DNA of 32,590 bases from a virus (lineage: Duplodnaviria > Caudoviricetes): positions 1 through 32,590 of the IMG/VR virus record IMGVR_UViG_3300014169_000017, one strand, 5' to 3'. Shown here one piece after another: positions 19,401 to 28,004 of this stretch. Below the pieces are notes generated by a model. That model saw nothing but the letters and a program-made list of their open reading frames with translations. It was not told the origin of the DNA and made no database searches. The translations under genes and the position numbers were made by a program. The stretch's first letter is position 1. Each line of letters starts with the position of its first letter.

Positions 19401-20354
19401 ACGGTGAGCACGGGTCTGCCTCTGCTGAGCATTGGCGCGACTATCGTCATCACCGGCGCGACGCCATCCGGCTACAATGGCGCGTTTCTCATCACCGGCG
19501 GATCGGGCGGAGCATGGACCTTCACGGCGGCCTCGGGCCTCGGTACCGCGTCGGTTAATGGCACCGCATTCATGGCGGGCCAAGCGGCGCTCCAGAGCGC
19601 CTCGGTCTATGCGCTCGGCTCGGCAACCGCCGATGGGATCAAACAGGAGCATTACCTTTCAGCCTTCTCGCCCGCGCAATACATCCTGGCGACGGTCGCC
19701 CTCGACGTTACCAGCACGACGGTGCAAAACTGGTTCCTCAAGATCAATGGAAATTCCGGCATCCCCGGAACCGGCTGCTATGATCTCATCGGCTATTACA
19801 TCGGCGTCGAACCGATGTGGCAGCAAAACGGCGGAGCGCCGCCTTATCCGAATGCGTGCTCGGGAACCTCGGAATACTGCGGGACCATGTGGCTGCACAT
19901 CACGAAAGACACGCCCGCAACGCAGGTTGGCGGCCCGGTCGGCGGCTGCAACACAACGCCCAACTTCAACGTCTGGACGGTTGCCGGTTCACTCTATCTC
20001 CCCATGGCTGGTGATCATATCTTGGTCATGTATCAGCCAAACGGTTATCTCGATGTGTTCTGTAAAGGGACGGCGCGGAGTGCAGCCGCGCCATTTGGGG
20101 ATGGCTGCCCATCGACTGCGAGCTTCACGCGTGTCATGCACGTTTACGATTCGGACATGCTGGGCTCGACTCCAGCCGGCAACTCGCTCGGCTTCCCCGG
20201 AGTCTGGGCAGCCATCAACCACGGTGGCACGTCGATGAGTGTTTTCCAGAACGTCACGGTCGGCAGCGTGACCTCTGGAGTAACCTGCGCTTCAATCACC
20301 GGGGGTGCCTGCCTGACTCCCACAACCTACATTCCCATGAGCTTCATCGAATGA
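16413..20354 (+). CDS. Giant (1313 aa) secreted-type Ser/Thr-rich adhesin-like protein with about four chitobiase-C/Fn3-associated-like domains
   Basis: GTG overlaps upstream TAG; signal MRKFVLFFAAILLLIAALPARA|Q; repeats PTISP.GG....QSVTLS...CYTTDGSTPT...GTTYSSPF. Confidence 0.8.
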   Translation: MRKFVLFFAAILLLIAALPARAQTFQTAYQCASGSASCILNSTSFSVTAGWNAVVMVSDATYTAGTFSVSDTNGDTFSACAGPVSISSSLIGELFCVNFGTTNSTEAVTCSVSSSAGYLACGITIYSGGYNVVDQHQTSTTSSASSNLTSGATPTTTAASELVVGGFLSDGANSYTYTATGGYTLRGGSRTSFHTDDMELEDLNVSSTGAQTATATVSTSTTSVGLVVTLKAGSTPAAAPTLTIGTGTYSTNQSPVASTTTTGTVILCWNFGSSPATPVTNGLGTGCTNGTSLANGGTLSITATGTLKIVAGSSANSDSTVTSAVYTMQGAAPSISPGVGVYPNGQLITLTPPSGFGACYSTSGTPISNGSGGCTSGTLYSSPFSLGSNVTTQRLYAISIKSGWTDSTVATQASAIPTAVSETGTTVTVTSNLNPGVNVPITVVSAVPTGYNGTFLTTSSNSTSYTYTAASGLGTVTTLPGAVQTSYDLYPQLAVPTISPDGGSFTGPQSVTLSCGGTCCYTTDGSTPTEANNQCINGTTYSSPFNTITSGTETLNVLGTSSGSADNTATATFTISEATAATPTSSLAAGAYFLSQTGVTLSDATSGAAITYCTDTTNTCTPGTSYSSSLTVSSTEYLRAQATATGYNNSAVASYYYVIAPADQTGSYAFSDNFQNYENANAKDGFQLAFDAWNTAGQWTAGGTAPTYNTGVATILDVTRGGSNVQLTQYGNAELAFATFTGATGFTAGQYSKAYVHNGTGTGPQCVFVYASTSGDPATGTAYAFCVNPPSSTAGLYKLVSDSPSSMASASSLTIADGSTIELRALPGQIQPLLNGAAVSGWSSVYNDSTYTSGNPGVSGAGIYNWTGGTINATSAPTAITWGGATYSTHGPFAWTSSSDTSSATWPWNSSTAALVEVPTIGVYVLNTGVSANGTTVTLTSTLNPGVGASVEVSGMSPVTLNGVFTTTASSSSSFSYANTTTGWAISSITESGTTATVSTGLPLLSIGATIVITGATPSGYNGAFLITGGSGGAWTFTAASGLGTASVNGTAFMAGQAALQSASVYALGSATADGIKQEHYLSAFSPAQYILATVALDVTSTTVQNWFLKINGNSGIPGTGCYDLIGYYIGVEPMWQQNGGAPPYPNACSGTSEYCGTMWLHITKDTPATQVGGPVGGCNTTPNFNVWTVAGSLYLPMAGDHILVMYQPNGYLDVFCKGTARSAAAPFGDGCPSTASFTRVMHVYDSDMLGSTPAGNSLGFPGVWAAINHGGTSMSVFQNVTVGSVTSGVTCASITGGACLTPTTYIPMSFIE

Positions 20355-20611
20355 TCCTTCTATTGCTTTTACTGCAACTGACGCCGCCCGCGCGCACGGT
20401 GGCAAAGCCTCACGCCTATGTGTTGACCGCAGCGCAAACGGCACGCCTCAGCGCGAAGCAGGCCGCGATCAAAGCCGCCATGGCCGCGCACAATTCTGAG
20501 CAGTTCAGCCGCGCGCACCGGGCATGGTGGGATGAATGCCAGAAGGTCAAGGCCGAACTCAAAGCGCCGGTGACGGCGGTCTGTGAGGCGGATAACAGTG
20601 TCCACGATTGA
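20351..20611 (+). CDS. Small helical protein with hydrophobic N-terminus (86 aa)
   Basis: ATGA overlap; MILLLLLLQL; similar to the 29605-30000 product. Confidence 0.65.
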   Translation: MILLLLLLQLTPPARTVAKPHAYVLTAAQTARLSAKQAAIKAAMAAHNSEQFSRAHRAWWDECQKVKAELKAPVTAVCEADNSVHD

Positions 20612-20918
20612 AACCAGCATTCAATTCCGCGATCAGCAGCGGCGCATACTCGACAATCAGCGCGAGTGGAACCGGCGTCGCCGTGAACGCCGCCGCGCGA
20701 AAGGGCAGTGCCTCGATTGTGGGCGCAAGCCGAAACCGAACCGCCGGCGCTGTCGCCGATGCCTGCGCGCCGCGAATCGTCGCTGGCGCGAATCTTTCGT
20801 TTGGAATGTCGCTCATGGGGTCTGCATTCGCTGCGGAACCCCCAAGGGTGACAATGGAACTAAGCTCTACTGCCGATCCTGCGCCGATGCACGAGCGACG
20901 CGCCGACGAGCCCAATGA
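20598..20918 (+). CDS. Arg-rich protein with four CxxC motifs (double zinc ribbon), probable nucleic-acid binder
   Basis: CLDC, CRRC, CIRC, CRSC; GTG at 20598 with GAGG SD (ORF track starts at 20583); stop overlaps next ATG. Confidence 0.75.
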   Translation: MSTIETSIQFRDQQRRILDNQREWNRRRRERRRAKGQCLDCGRKPKPNRRRCRRCLRAANRRWRESFVWNVAHGVCIRCGTPKGDNGTKLYCRSCADARATRRRAQ

Positions 20919-23900
20919 TTAATAAACTGAAATTCGCCATCTTCTCCCTGTTTCTGCTGGCTGGCATCGCCCGCGCGCAGCTTTCAGCCACGAGCGCCTA
21001 TGTAACCCCGGCCGGGGCGGCAACCGGAAACTGTCCGACCGGGACCGGGAGCGCTCCAAACTTCACTCCCGCGCAATTCAACACTTCGACCAATTGGGGA
21101 ACCGGAACCGGAAAGATTGGCGCGGGCACGATCGTCCTCGTTTGCGGAACCTTCACCGGGGCGGTCAACACGACGCTGCTCTCCTTCCAAGGCTCGGGCT
21201 CGTCCGGCAACGTGATCACGCTCAAATTCGATACCGGGGCGCTGCTGCAATCGAACGCCTGGTCCTACAACGGCGCCGTCACGACGAACGGCAAAAGCTA
21301 TATCCTGATCGACGGCGGGACCACCTGCGGGCACACAACGACGCTGGCAAGCATTTCCTGCAACGGTACGATTCAAAACCTGCTGAACGGCGTCAGCGGC
21401 CAGACCTGCCTCGGTGGCACCTGCAGCATCCAGCAGGCGAGCTCGGGCATCGTCGTCAGCGGCAGCTCAACCAACGTCGAAATTCGCAACCTCCAGATTC
21501 AGGGGATCTATTACGAGCAGAATTCGACCGGCGGGACGCCCGCGCTCCAGACCGCGGACATCCTCATCTCGACGCCCACGAGCGCCATCCACGCGCACAA
21601 CAACTACCTCACCGAAGCCGACCAATCGATCGATGTCGATTTCGATTATGGCAATCAGGGCGGCGCGGAGCTTGACCACAATTTCTTAGGGCATCATGCC
21701 TGGGGCGCCGGCGTCGGCAATGGCACGAGCGCCAGCTACTCGGCAACCGTCTGGTTCCATGACAACGAAGTGACCAACTGGAATGACTGGAACCAGAATT
21801 ACAACACTTATCACACGGACGGCATCCACATTTTCACGATCGGCGGCGGAAGCGGCATCGTCACCGCCTATGTCTATAAAAACTACTTTCACGGGGCGCT
21901 CGCCGGCAACACGACGTTCGCCGGGACCGGATACATTTACGCGGATCTCGTCTCCGGTTCGGCGAATGCCAGCAATCAGATTCTCTGGGCCTTTGGCAAC
22001 ATCGGCGACGCCTCGAGCACGAACATCTCGGCATGGACCACGGCGAGCTCATGGAATGGAACCCACTGGATCAATAACACGCTGCTGGGCCAAGACGTCT
22101 ATCTGAGCGGGCAAGGCACAAACGGATTCCTGCCGACCGGCGGCACCGGGGCGGTGGTTGAAAACTCAATCTTCGATCACTTCTATTCCGAGTATCAGGC
22201 TCCCTATAGCGCGCTGACGGGCGGCGTCTTTGCCACCACGGATTACAACCTGTTCTATGACTGCACGAGCTGCTTCATCGCTGCCGATCCTGCCTACACC
22301 TCTTATACCTTCGCGCAGTGGCAAGCCATCCCGCTCGATGTCCACAGCCAGTATGCGAATCCGAATCTGAACGCTTCGACCTATGCGCCACTCACCGGAT
22401 CGCCTGCGATTACGGGCGGCACGAATCTTTACTCGCTATTCGGTTGCAGCTCGCCGGTCATCCCTGGCTTGGGCGCTGGCTGCTCGGACATCAATGGCGT
22501 GGCGTGGCCATCGTCGGGTGCCTGGGGTCAAGGCGCGGTGGCGTTTGCCGCGGTTCCGAGTGTCAATCGCTACGTCGGCGGCGGGCACAAGATTGGCGGC
22601 GGGCACTCTCTCGGGCCGGCTCCGGTTGTCGTCGCCGGCGGCTCCTGCGCGGCTCCGACTTACTGCGCTTATGATGGCCCGGATCTCGTTGCATCCTCTG
22701 GACCTTATGCGCTCGGCGGTCTGGTCAATAACTATGCCACCGTCTATGACACGAGCTACTTAGGGCACACCAACGCCGACGGCACGACGTTTAGTAACTC
22801 GTCCTATCTCAGCGGAATCACGCGGGTTACGGATACCCTCAGCTCTAAGACAACGACGGACAATTTCACCGCCGGCATGGGCGGCGCGGGTAACTTCCGG
22901 CTCACCAACCTTTCAACGACACTGACAGCCTTCACCGATGGCGGTCAGGAACTCGTTTGCCGCTTCAATCCCAGCGGCTCGAACAAAGGGTTCTGCACCT
23001 CCGGCGGCTGGTACAACAATGGGACGTACTCGAATCCCACGCTTTTCATCACCGAAGGCCAGAATTCGACGACGGTTTGCAATACAAATTGCGCGCTAGT
23101 CGACTTCGGATCGGTGGAATTTTCGCCGATTAACGACACTCTGGCCTATACCTATGGAACCTCGAGCGACCACACGAATCCGACCGCGGTCTTTGCCACG
23201 ACGGTGAACTCGTCGACCGGCCAGTACACGCCTTCGACGACACCGCTCGTCGACTTTGGCCTCGGCTTCCCCGCAGCCTATGCCCAAAATTGGGCGGCCA
23301 GCACGAGCTACAGCTACGGCACTTACATCATCCATCCACTCTCAACCGCGGAAATGGCGACCGGCGGCGTGTGGCAGCAATCCCATGCCTATGCGCTCGG
23401 CGACATTCTGGTCGCGCAGAGCGGCTCGGCCTGCATGTACAAGGCGGTTACGGCCGGCACCTCGGCGTCGACCGGCACCGGGCCGGCTTTCATCACCTCG
23501 GGCGCCTGCAAAACCGAAGCGCTCACCGATGGCACGGTGAAGTGGAACGGCACGAATTCAACCGCGCAGTTCCTTTACCAAGACACGACGACGGGCACGC
23601 ACACCTCGGGATCGAGCTTCGTCATCTCCGGTCACCCGGACACGCTCTCAACCTTCACCGATGGCTCGATCACGTGGACCAACGTCGGCACCGCCTATGT
23701 TCCGATCAATGGCAATCAGGTGTGGCATGCGGTGGGCGGCGAGTCGATGGATTCGAATTATCAGAGCAGTTACGCGCAGTTCTATGGCGCCGGCTTCTCG
23801 ACTAATACCTATGGCGCGCTCTCGAACAATTACAAGTTCCAGGGCACGCAAGACACCGGCTTTTGGCTGATGCGCGCGGATGCGGTCAACCGGACCTATG

Positions 23901-25585
23901 ACTTGCTCAACACCGGGACCGGGATCTGGACGGAGACAACCTGCACCGGGGGCGGGACCGGCTATAACTGCTCCGGCGGAACTTGGACGCAGACTCTCAT
24001 CGGCACGCTCCAGGCGATTACAAATCCCTTTGCGAACGGCAGTCAGGCATGCCCGTGGTACATCCACGATGACAAGATGGCGGTCGATGGCCTGCACTCG
24101 GAAGCTGTGACCGGCGATTCGCCACCTTACTCCGCCTGCGACCCGATCGAAAACTTCCAAGTCTGGCGCCACAACCCGGCGCTGTTCGATCAATACGCGT
24201 CGCTGCAAATCACCGGCTTCGGCATGGCCCATTGGGCGATCGACAAGAACACGACGGTCGCCGAAAGCAGCTCCGGCTGGGGCTATACGGCGGGCGTCTA
24301 TATCGGCGTCTATAACGTCGACAACGTGAGCGGGACCAACGGCAACCCGCCCCTCGGCGAGTATCCGACCAACACCCTCGGCTATCCGCCGGCCTTCTCT
24401 TATTACCTGCCGGCGATTGCGAGTCAGGCGACTGCCCAAAGTTTCCCGTGGCCGGGGTGTTACGTGACCTCTGGGACCACTCAAAAGAATCCTGATTGCA
24501 ACCTTTCAGAAGTTTTCGGCTCGCACGTGAGCCGGGCGGCGGGGCCGGGAACGGATACGTGGCCGGCGTGCGGCACTACTTACAACCTGAATCCTGAGAA
24601 CGGCCTCGTCGTAAATGCAATGCAGAATGAGATCACCTGTTTTTCAACCTCGCCACTCTACCCGACGGGATACACGCCGGGCTCGAGCTGGTCGACCATC
24701 GCGCCGGGCAACGGCTCGCCCATTTGCGTGCCCGGAACCTGCAGCCAGCGCTACGGCTGGGCGAAGCGCTACGGACACACGAATGGGACGCAAACCAGTC
24801 GGACATTCTCGACGCAGTTCAGCGTGACGCACTACTCGCAGGATGGGAACTGGATGTTCGCCTCAACCGATAATGGCTGCTCGTTCGGATCCCAATTGAC
24901 CGGCAACGCGGCTCCCGCGGTCTGGGCTTCTGGAACCTATTACCAGCAGCTCATGCTGACGGCCGTCGGCACTTCACCCTCGACGCCCAATAGCCTGTGC
25001 GGCTTCCCTTGGCAAGCGCTGCACACTTACGTGAGCGGCAATCTCATCGGGCCGATGGAAGGCACGAACGGCAGCTCGCAGATTGATGATGTTTTCCAGC
25101 TTCTCTATGTCGCGACCGGAGCGCAGAGCGGTCCGCAATCTTCTCTGACTAGCAATAATCCGAAGTGCGGCACCACTTCATGCTTCGCAAACACCAACCC
25201 ACCAACCGTAACGCCGATCGCAGGCACAGCCGCCACTGAGAGCGGCACCACGGCGACCGTCACCGTGGCAACGGCGATGCCGCTCACACTGAACGTATAT
25301 GTCACGCTCGCGGGCTGGACGCCCTCGGGCTATAACGGAACCTGGCTGGCAGCCGCGAGCTCTGGGACTACGGTGACACTCTCGGGGCTGCCATCGGGTC
25401 TAGGCGCCGCAACGGTCATGGGCACGGTCGCCGCGCAAGGCGATCGCGTTTGCGACCTGGCGTCCGGGACCGATACCTACAATCCGGTGCCGCCCTATTC
25501 GTCATCGTGCGTGGGTCTGGTCTGGCAGGATCTTGGGCCGAACACGCAACGCGGCGATGTGGTCGCATTTAACCTTGGACATTGA
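20915..25585 (+). CDS. Giant (1556 aa) secreted-type protein: N-terminal right-handed beta-helix (pectin lyase-like) and a C-terminal region with CBM-like Trp repeats
   Basis: Signal MINKLKFAIFSLFLLAGIARA|Q; HTDGIHIF, INNT, TDYNLFY, SPAITGG..L; W.....Y..G and DG.V.W motifs. Confidence 0.8.
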   Translation: MINKLKFAIFSLFLLAGIARAQLSATSAYVTPAGAATGNCPTGTGSAPNFTPAQFNTSTNWGTGTGKIGAGTIVLVCGTFTGAVNTTLLSFQGSGSSGNVITLKFDTGALLQSNAWSYNGAVTTNGKSYILIDGGTTCGHTTTLASISCNGTIQNLLNGVSGQTCLGGTCSIQQASSGIVVSGSSTNVEIRNLQIQGIYYEQNSTGGTPALQTADILISTPTSAIHAHNNYLTEADQSIDVDFDYGNQGGAELDHNFLGHHAWGAGVGNGTSASYSATVWFHDNEVTNWNDWNQNYNTYHTDGIHIFTIGGGSGIVTAYVYKNYFHGALAGNTTFAGTGYIYADLVSGSANASNQILWAFGNIGDASSTNISAWTTASSWNGTHWINNTLLGQDVYLSGQGTNGFLPTGGTGAVVENSIFDHFYSEYQAPYSALTGGVFATTDYNLFYDCTSCFIAADPAYTSYTFAQWQAIPLDVHSQYANPNLNASTYAPLTGSPAITGGTNLYSLFGCSSPVIPGLGAGCSDINGVAWPSSGAWGQGAVAFAAVPSVNRYVGGGHKIGGGHSLGPAPVVVAGGSCAAPTYCAYDGPDLVASSGPYALGGLVNNYATVYDTSYLGHTNADGTTFSNSSYLSGITRVTDTLSSKTTTDNFTAGMGGAGNFRLTNLSTTLTAFTDGGQELVCRFNPSGSNKGFCTSGGWYNNGTYSNPTLFITEGQNSTTVCNTNCALVDFGSVEFSPINDTLAYTYGTSSDHTNPTAVFATTVNSSTGQYTPSTTPLVDFGLGFPAAYAQNWAASTSYSYGTYIIHPLSTAEMATGGVWQQSHAYALGDILVAQSGSACMYKAVTAGTSASTGTGPAFITSGACKTEALTDGTVKWNGTNSTAQFLYQDTTTGTHTSGSSFVISGHPDTLSTFTDGSITWTNVGTAYVPINGNQVWHAVGGESMDSNYQSSYAQFYGAGFSTNTYGALSNNYKFQGTQDTGFWLMRADAVNRTYDLLNTGTGIWTETTCTGGGTGYNCSGGTWTQTLIGTLQAITNPFANGSQACPWYIHDDKMAVDGLHSEAVTGDSPPYSACDPIENFQVWRHNPALFDQYASLQITGFGMAHWAIDKNTTVAESSSGWGYTAGVYIGVYNVDNVSGTNGNPPLGEYPTNTLGYPPAFSYYLPAIASQATAQSFPWPGCYVTSGTTQKNPDCNLSEVFGSHVSRAAGPGTDTWPACGTTYNLNPENGLVVNAMQNEITCFSTSPLYPTGYTPGSSWSTIAPGNGSPICVPGTCSQRYGWAKRYGHTNGTQTSRTFSTQFSVTHYSQDGNWMFASTDNGCSFGSQLTGNAAPAVWASGTYYQQLMLTAVGTSPSTPNSLCGFPWQALHTYVSGNLIGPMEGTNGSSQIDDVFQLLYVATGAQSGPQSSLTSNNPKCGTTSCFANTNPPTVTPIAGTAATESGTTATVTVATAMPLTLNVYVTLAGWTPSGYNGTWLAAASSGTTVTLSGLPSGLGAATVMGTVAAQGDRVCDLASGTDTYNPVPPYSSSCVGLVWQDLGPNTQRGDVVAFNLGH

Positions 25586-25613
25586 TCCCGATCCCCGGTA
25601 ATCTGTGGAGGTT

Positions 25614-26075
25614 ATGCAATTGAGCGAACATTTCAGCTTGGACGAATTCACCCGGTCCTCGACGGCGATGCGTCTGGGGCTCGACAACACTCCGGGCATC
25701 GTGCAACTGGCGAACCTTCGCCGGCTGGCGGTGGCCATGGAGCAGGTGCGCCAGATTCTCGGCGGGCGGTTCGTCCATGTCGATAGCGCCTACCGCTCGG
25801 TCGCCGTCAATAAGGCAGTTGGCGGCCAAGAGGACAGCGCTCACGTCGAAGGTCTGGCGTGCGACTTCGTGTGTCCCGAATTCGGGACACCGGAGCAGAT
25901 TGCGCTTGCAATTCAGAAAGCCGGGACGGTGATCTTCGATCAGCTCATCCTCGAATACGGATGGGTGCATCTTGGACTGGCTCAACAGGGTATGCCTCCG
26001 CGATTGATGACGCTGACGAAACGGTCAGCGTCATCGCCGTATGAGCCTGGAATCGTTACCGAAGTTGCAGCCTGA
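25614..26075 (+). CDS. Peptidase M15-family endolysin (Zn D-Ala-D-Ala/L-Ala-D-Glu type peptidase)
   Basis: MQLSEHFSLDEF..S..A...DNTP, SAYRS..VN.AVGG..DSAH..GLACDF, DQLILEYGWVH. Confidence 0.9.
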   Translation: MQLSEHFSLDEFTRSSTAMRLGLDNTPGIVQLANLRRLAVAMEQVRQILGGRFVHVDSAYRSVAVNKAVGGQEDSAHVEGLACDFVCPEFGTPEQIALAIQKAGTVIFDQLILEYGWVHLGLAQQGMPPRLMTLTKRSASSPYEPGIVTEVAA

Positions 26076-26088
26076 AAGGGGAGACTCA

Positions 26089-26502
26089 ATGCATAACGGA
26101 CTGGTATGGCTCTGGGGCTGGTTCATCGTCGGCGCCTGGGCTCATATGTTCAAACGCGCCTATCTGAAAGTCACCGGGCCGGACCACTCGGTCACCACTT
26201 ATACGGAATACTTCGATTACTTCTGGCCGCTCCTGCTGTTCCGCGCGATCTGCGGGGCTGCACTCTATGGTTTGACCTTCTACCCGGACACGTTCGCCAA
26301 CGTCGTCCGCCTGATGGGCTGGTCAAGCCTCGGCACGATCCCATCGTTGTTCCCGCATATCTGGGTGGTCGCGCTCGTCGCCGGGCTCAGCGTCGATTCC
26401 CTACTCGATTTCATCTCGACGAAGATCCCATTTCTAGGCGGCTTCATCCCGCCTTTCACCCTGGTATCTCCCACCGGCAACGGCGGGACCGCTGTCCACT
26501 AA
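26089..26502 (+). CDS. Multi-pass membrane protein, candidate holin
   Basis: SD AGGGGAG; about three hydrophobic segments; directly follows the endolysin. Confidence 0.6.
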   Translation: MHNGLVWLWGWFIVGAWAHMFKRAYLKVTGPDHSVTTYTEYFDYFWPLLLFRAICGAALYGLTFYPDTFANVVRLMGWSSLGTIPSLFPHIWVVALVAGLSVDSLLDFISTKIPFLGGFIPPFTLVSPTGNGGTAVH

Positions 26503-26514
26503 CTGAGGAGATTT

Positions 26515-27096
26515 ATGAAACGTTTTTTCGTTCGCTGGCTCACCCTCTACCTTCTGCTGAACGGCTTGCTGTTTCTCACCGGCTGCGCGACGGGCTGGGT
26601 GACAGAAGCCTCCAACATCATCAGCGCGCTAACGCCCGCGATTCAGGCGGCGCTACTCATTCTCGCTTCGGTCGGCGCTGCTCTGCCGGCGGGAGCGCTC
26701 GATAGCGTCCAGAATTGGGGCCAGCAGGCGACGCAGGATCTCCAAAACGTCGTGCTGCCTCTGATTCAGGCATACAACGCTGCCACGGAAGGCGAGCAAC
26801 CGGGCATCCTCATCGAGATTAAGACGGCGCTCACGGACATTGTGAATAAGCTGCAACCGATCCTCGCAGCCATCCACGTGACCGATGTGGCCCTCGATGC
26901 CAAAATTACCCTCGTCGTCAATGAGATTGCCGACGAATTCTCGGCTCTGGTCGCGCTCATCCCCGTGCTCCAAGGGAACGTGAAAGACCACGATGAAATG
27001 CAAGCGCTCATCGCCAAGGTGAAAACCGCGAAGCAGTTCAAGCGCGACTTCAACAAAGCGGCCAGCGCGTTCGGAAAGCAGTACGAGATCAAGTAA
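26515..27096 (+). CDS. Helical lipoprotein (spanin-like or lysis-associated)
   Basis: SD GAGGAG; MKR + hydrophobic stretch + lipobox LTGC; amphipathic helices. Confidence 0.7.
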   Translation: MKRFFVRWLTLYLLLNGLLFLTGCATGWVTEASNIISALTPAIQAALLILASVGAALPAGALDSVQNWGQQATQDLQNVVLPLIQAYNAATEGEQPGILIEIKTALTDIVNKLQPILAAIHVTDVALDAKITLVVNEIADEFSALVALIPVLQGNVKDHDEMQALIAKVKTAKQFKRDFNKAASAFGKQYEIK

Positions 27097-27120
27097 CGAC
27101 TTCCAACAACAGAGAGCGCC

Positions 27121-27153
27121 TGCCGGTGGGCCTGGTTCACCGGCATTTTTATT
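27121..27153 (+). terminator. Intrinsic (Rho-independent) terminator
   Basis: TGCCGGTGGGC[CTG]GTTCACCGGCA followed by TTTTTATT. Confidence 0.75.
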
Positions 27154-27164
27154 GGAGGTAAATC

Positions 27165-28004
27165 ATGGTTCTTCCTCTCTCGCCATCGAACCGCCGCTAT
27201 GGCCGGCTGATGCCGCCGGCGCTGCCGCTCAAACGCATGTTGTCGCGCACCCTGCCGCCCGGCTTCCCGCTCTATGCGGATCTCTCGGCGTGGGACGGTC
27301 CCATCAAGGATCAGGGCGAAGAAGGCTCTTGCACCGGGCACACGTTCGCCGAATTTCAGGAGTGGGTTGTCCGCAAATACTTCCCGAAGCTCGGGCCGCT
27401 CATCTTTAGCCCGCAGTTTCTTTATGCCCTGGCGCTCATCGAAAACGGTAACTTCCCCTCAGATGACGGCTCGGACGGCGTGACGCTCTGCGAGGTCATG
27501 GTGAAATACGGCGCCTGCCTGCTGTCGGCTTATCCCTATGTTGCCGGCGAGATTCTGCGGCCGACCGTCGTACAGCTCGCCAATGGCCAGCAGTACCAAA
27601 TCAACAAGGCATATCACGGGCTCGTGGGCTCCCAGACGGCTATCAGCGTTCTGGGAGATAAAACCCCGTGGCCGATCGCCATGGGCTTCACCGTCCGCGA
27701 GTCGCTCGAGTCCGATGAAACCGCAAACACCGGCATCTACAACCCGCAACCTGACGAGCAGGTGCTCGGCGGCCATGAGGTCAAAGTGTCCGGCTACGAC
27801 ATAAGCCCGACGCCCGTCATCCGTCCGAAGGGTTGTCCGCCGGCGTTCAAGATCCAGAATAGCTGGGGCAAGGATTGGGGTTTGGACGGCTATTTCTGGG
27901 CGGCGGTCAGTGTGATCGACGATCCCGATACCGACCTGAAAATTGTCCACGCGGGCGGTCCGTGGATCAGAAAGAACAATCCGGCGTTACCGAAGGCAGC
28001 ATGA
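27165..28004 (+). CDS. Papain-like (C1 family) cysteine protease
   Basis: DQG..GSC (oxyanion Q, catalytic C), GGHEV (His), QNSWG.DWG..GYFW (Asn); SD GGAGG. Confidence 0.92.
   Translation: MVLPLSPSNRRYGRLMPPALPLKRMLSRTLPPGFPLYADLSAWDGPIKDQGEEGSCTGHTFAEFQEWVVRKYFPKLGPLIFSPQFLYALALIENGNFPSDDGSDGVTLCEVMVKYGACLLSAYPYVAGEILRPTVVQLANGQQYQINKAYHGLVGSQTAISVLGDKTPWPIAMGFTVRESLESDETANTGIYNPQPDEQVLGGHEVKVSGYDISPTPVIRPKGCPPAFKIQNSWGKDWGLDGYFWAAVSVIDDPDTDLKIVHAGGPWIRKNNPALPKAA

Noticed and set aside
20608-20922. 104-aa alternative ORF overlapping the zinc-ribbon gene
   Set aside because: The CxxC frame has an SD, recognisable motifs and a stop/start overlap; this one has no motifs
10924-25585. CRISPR array, DGR variable repeat or invertible fibre cassette
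   Set aside because: Repeats are diverged and protein-level; no spaced identical DNA repeats, reverse transcriptase or invertase seen in the window
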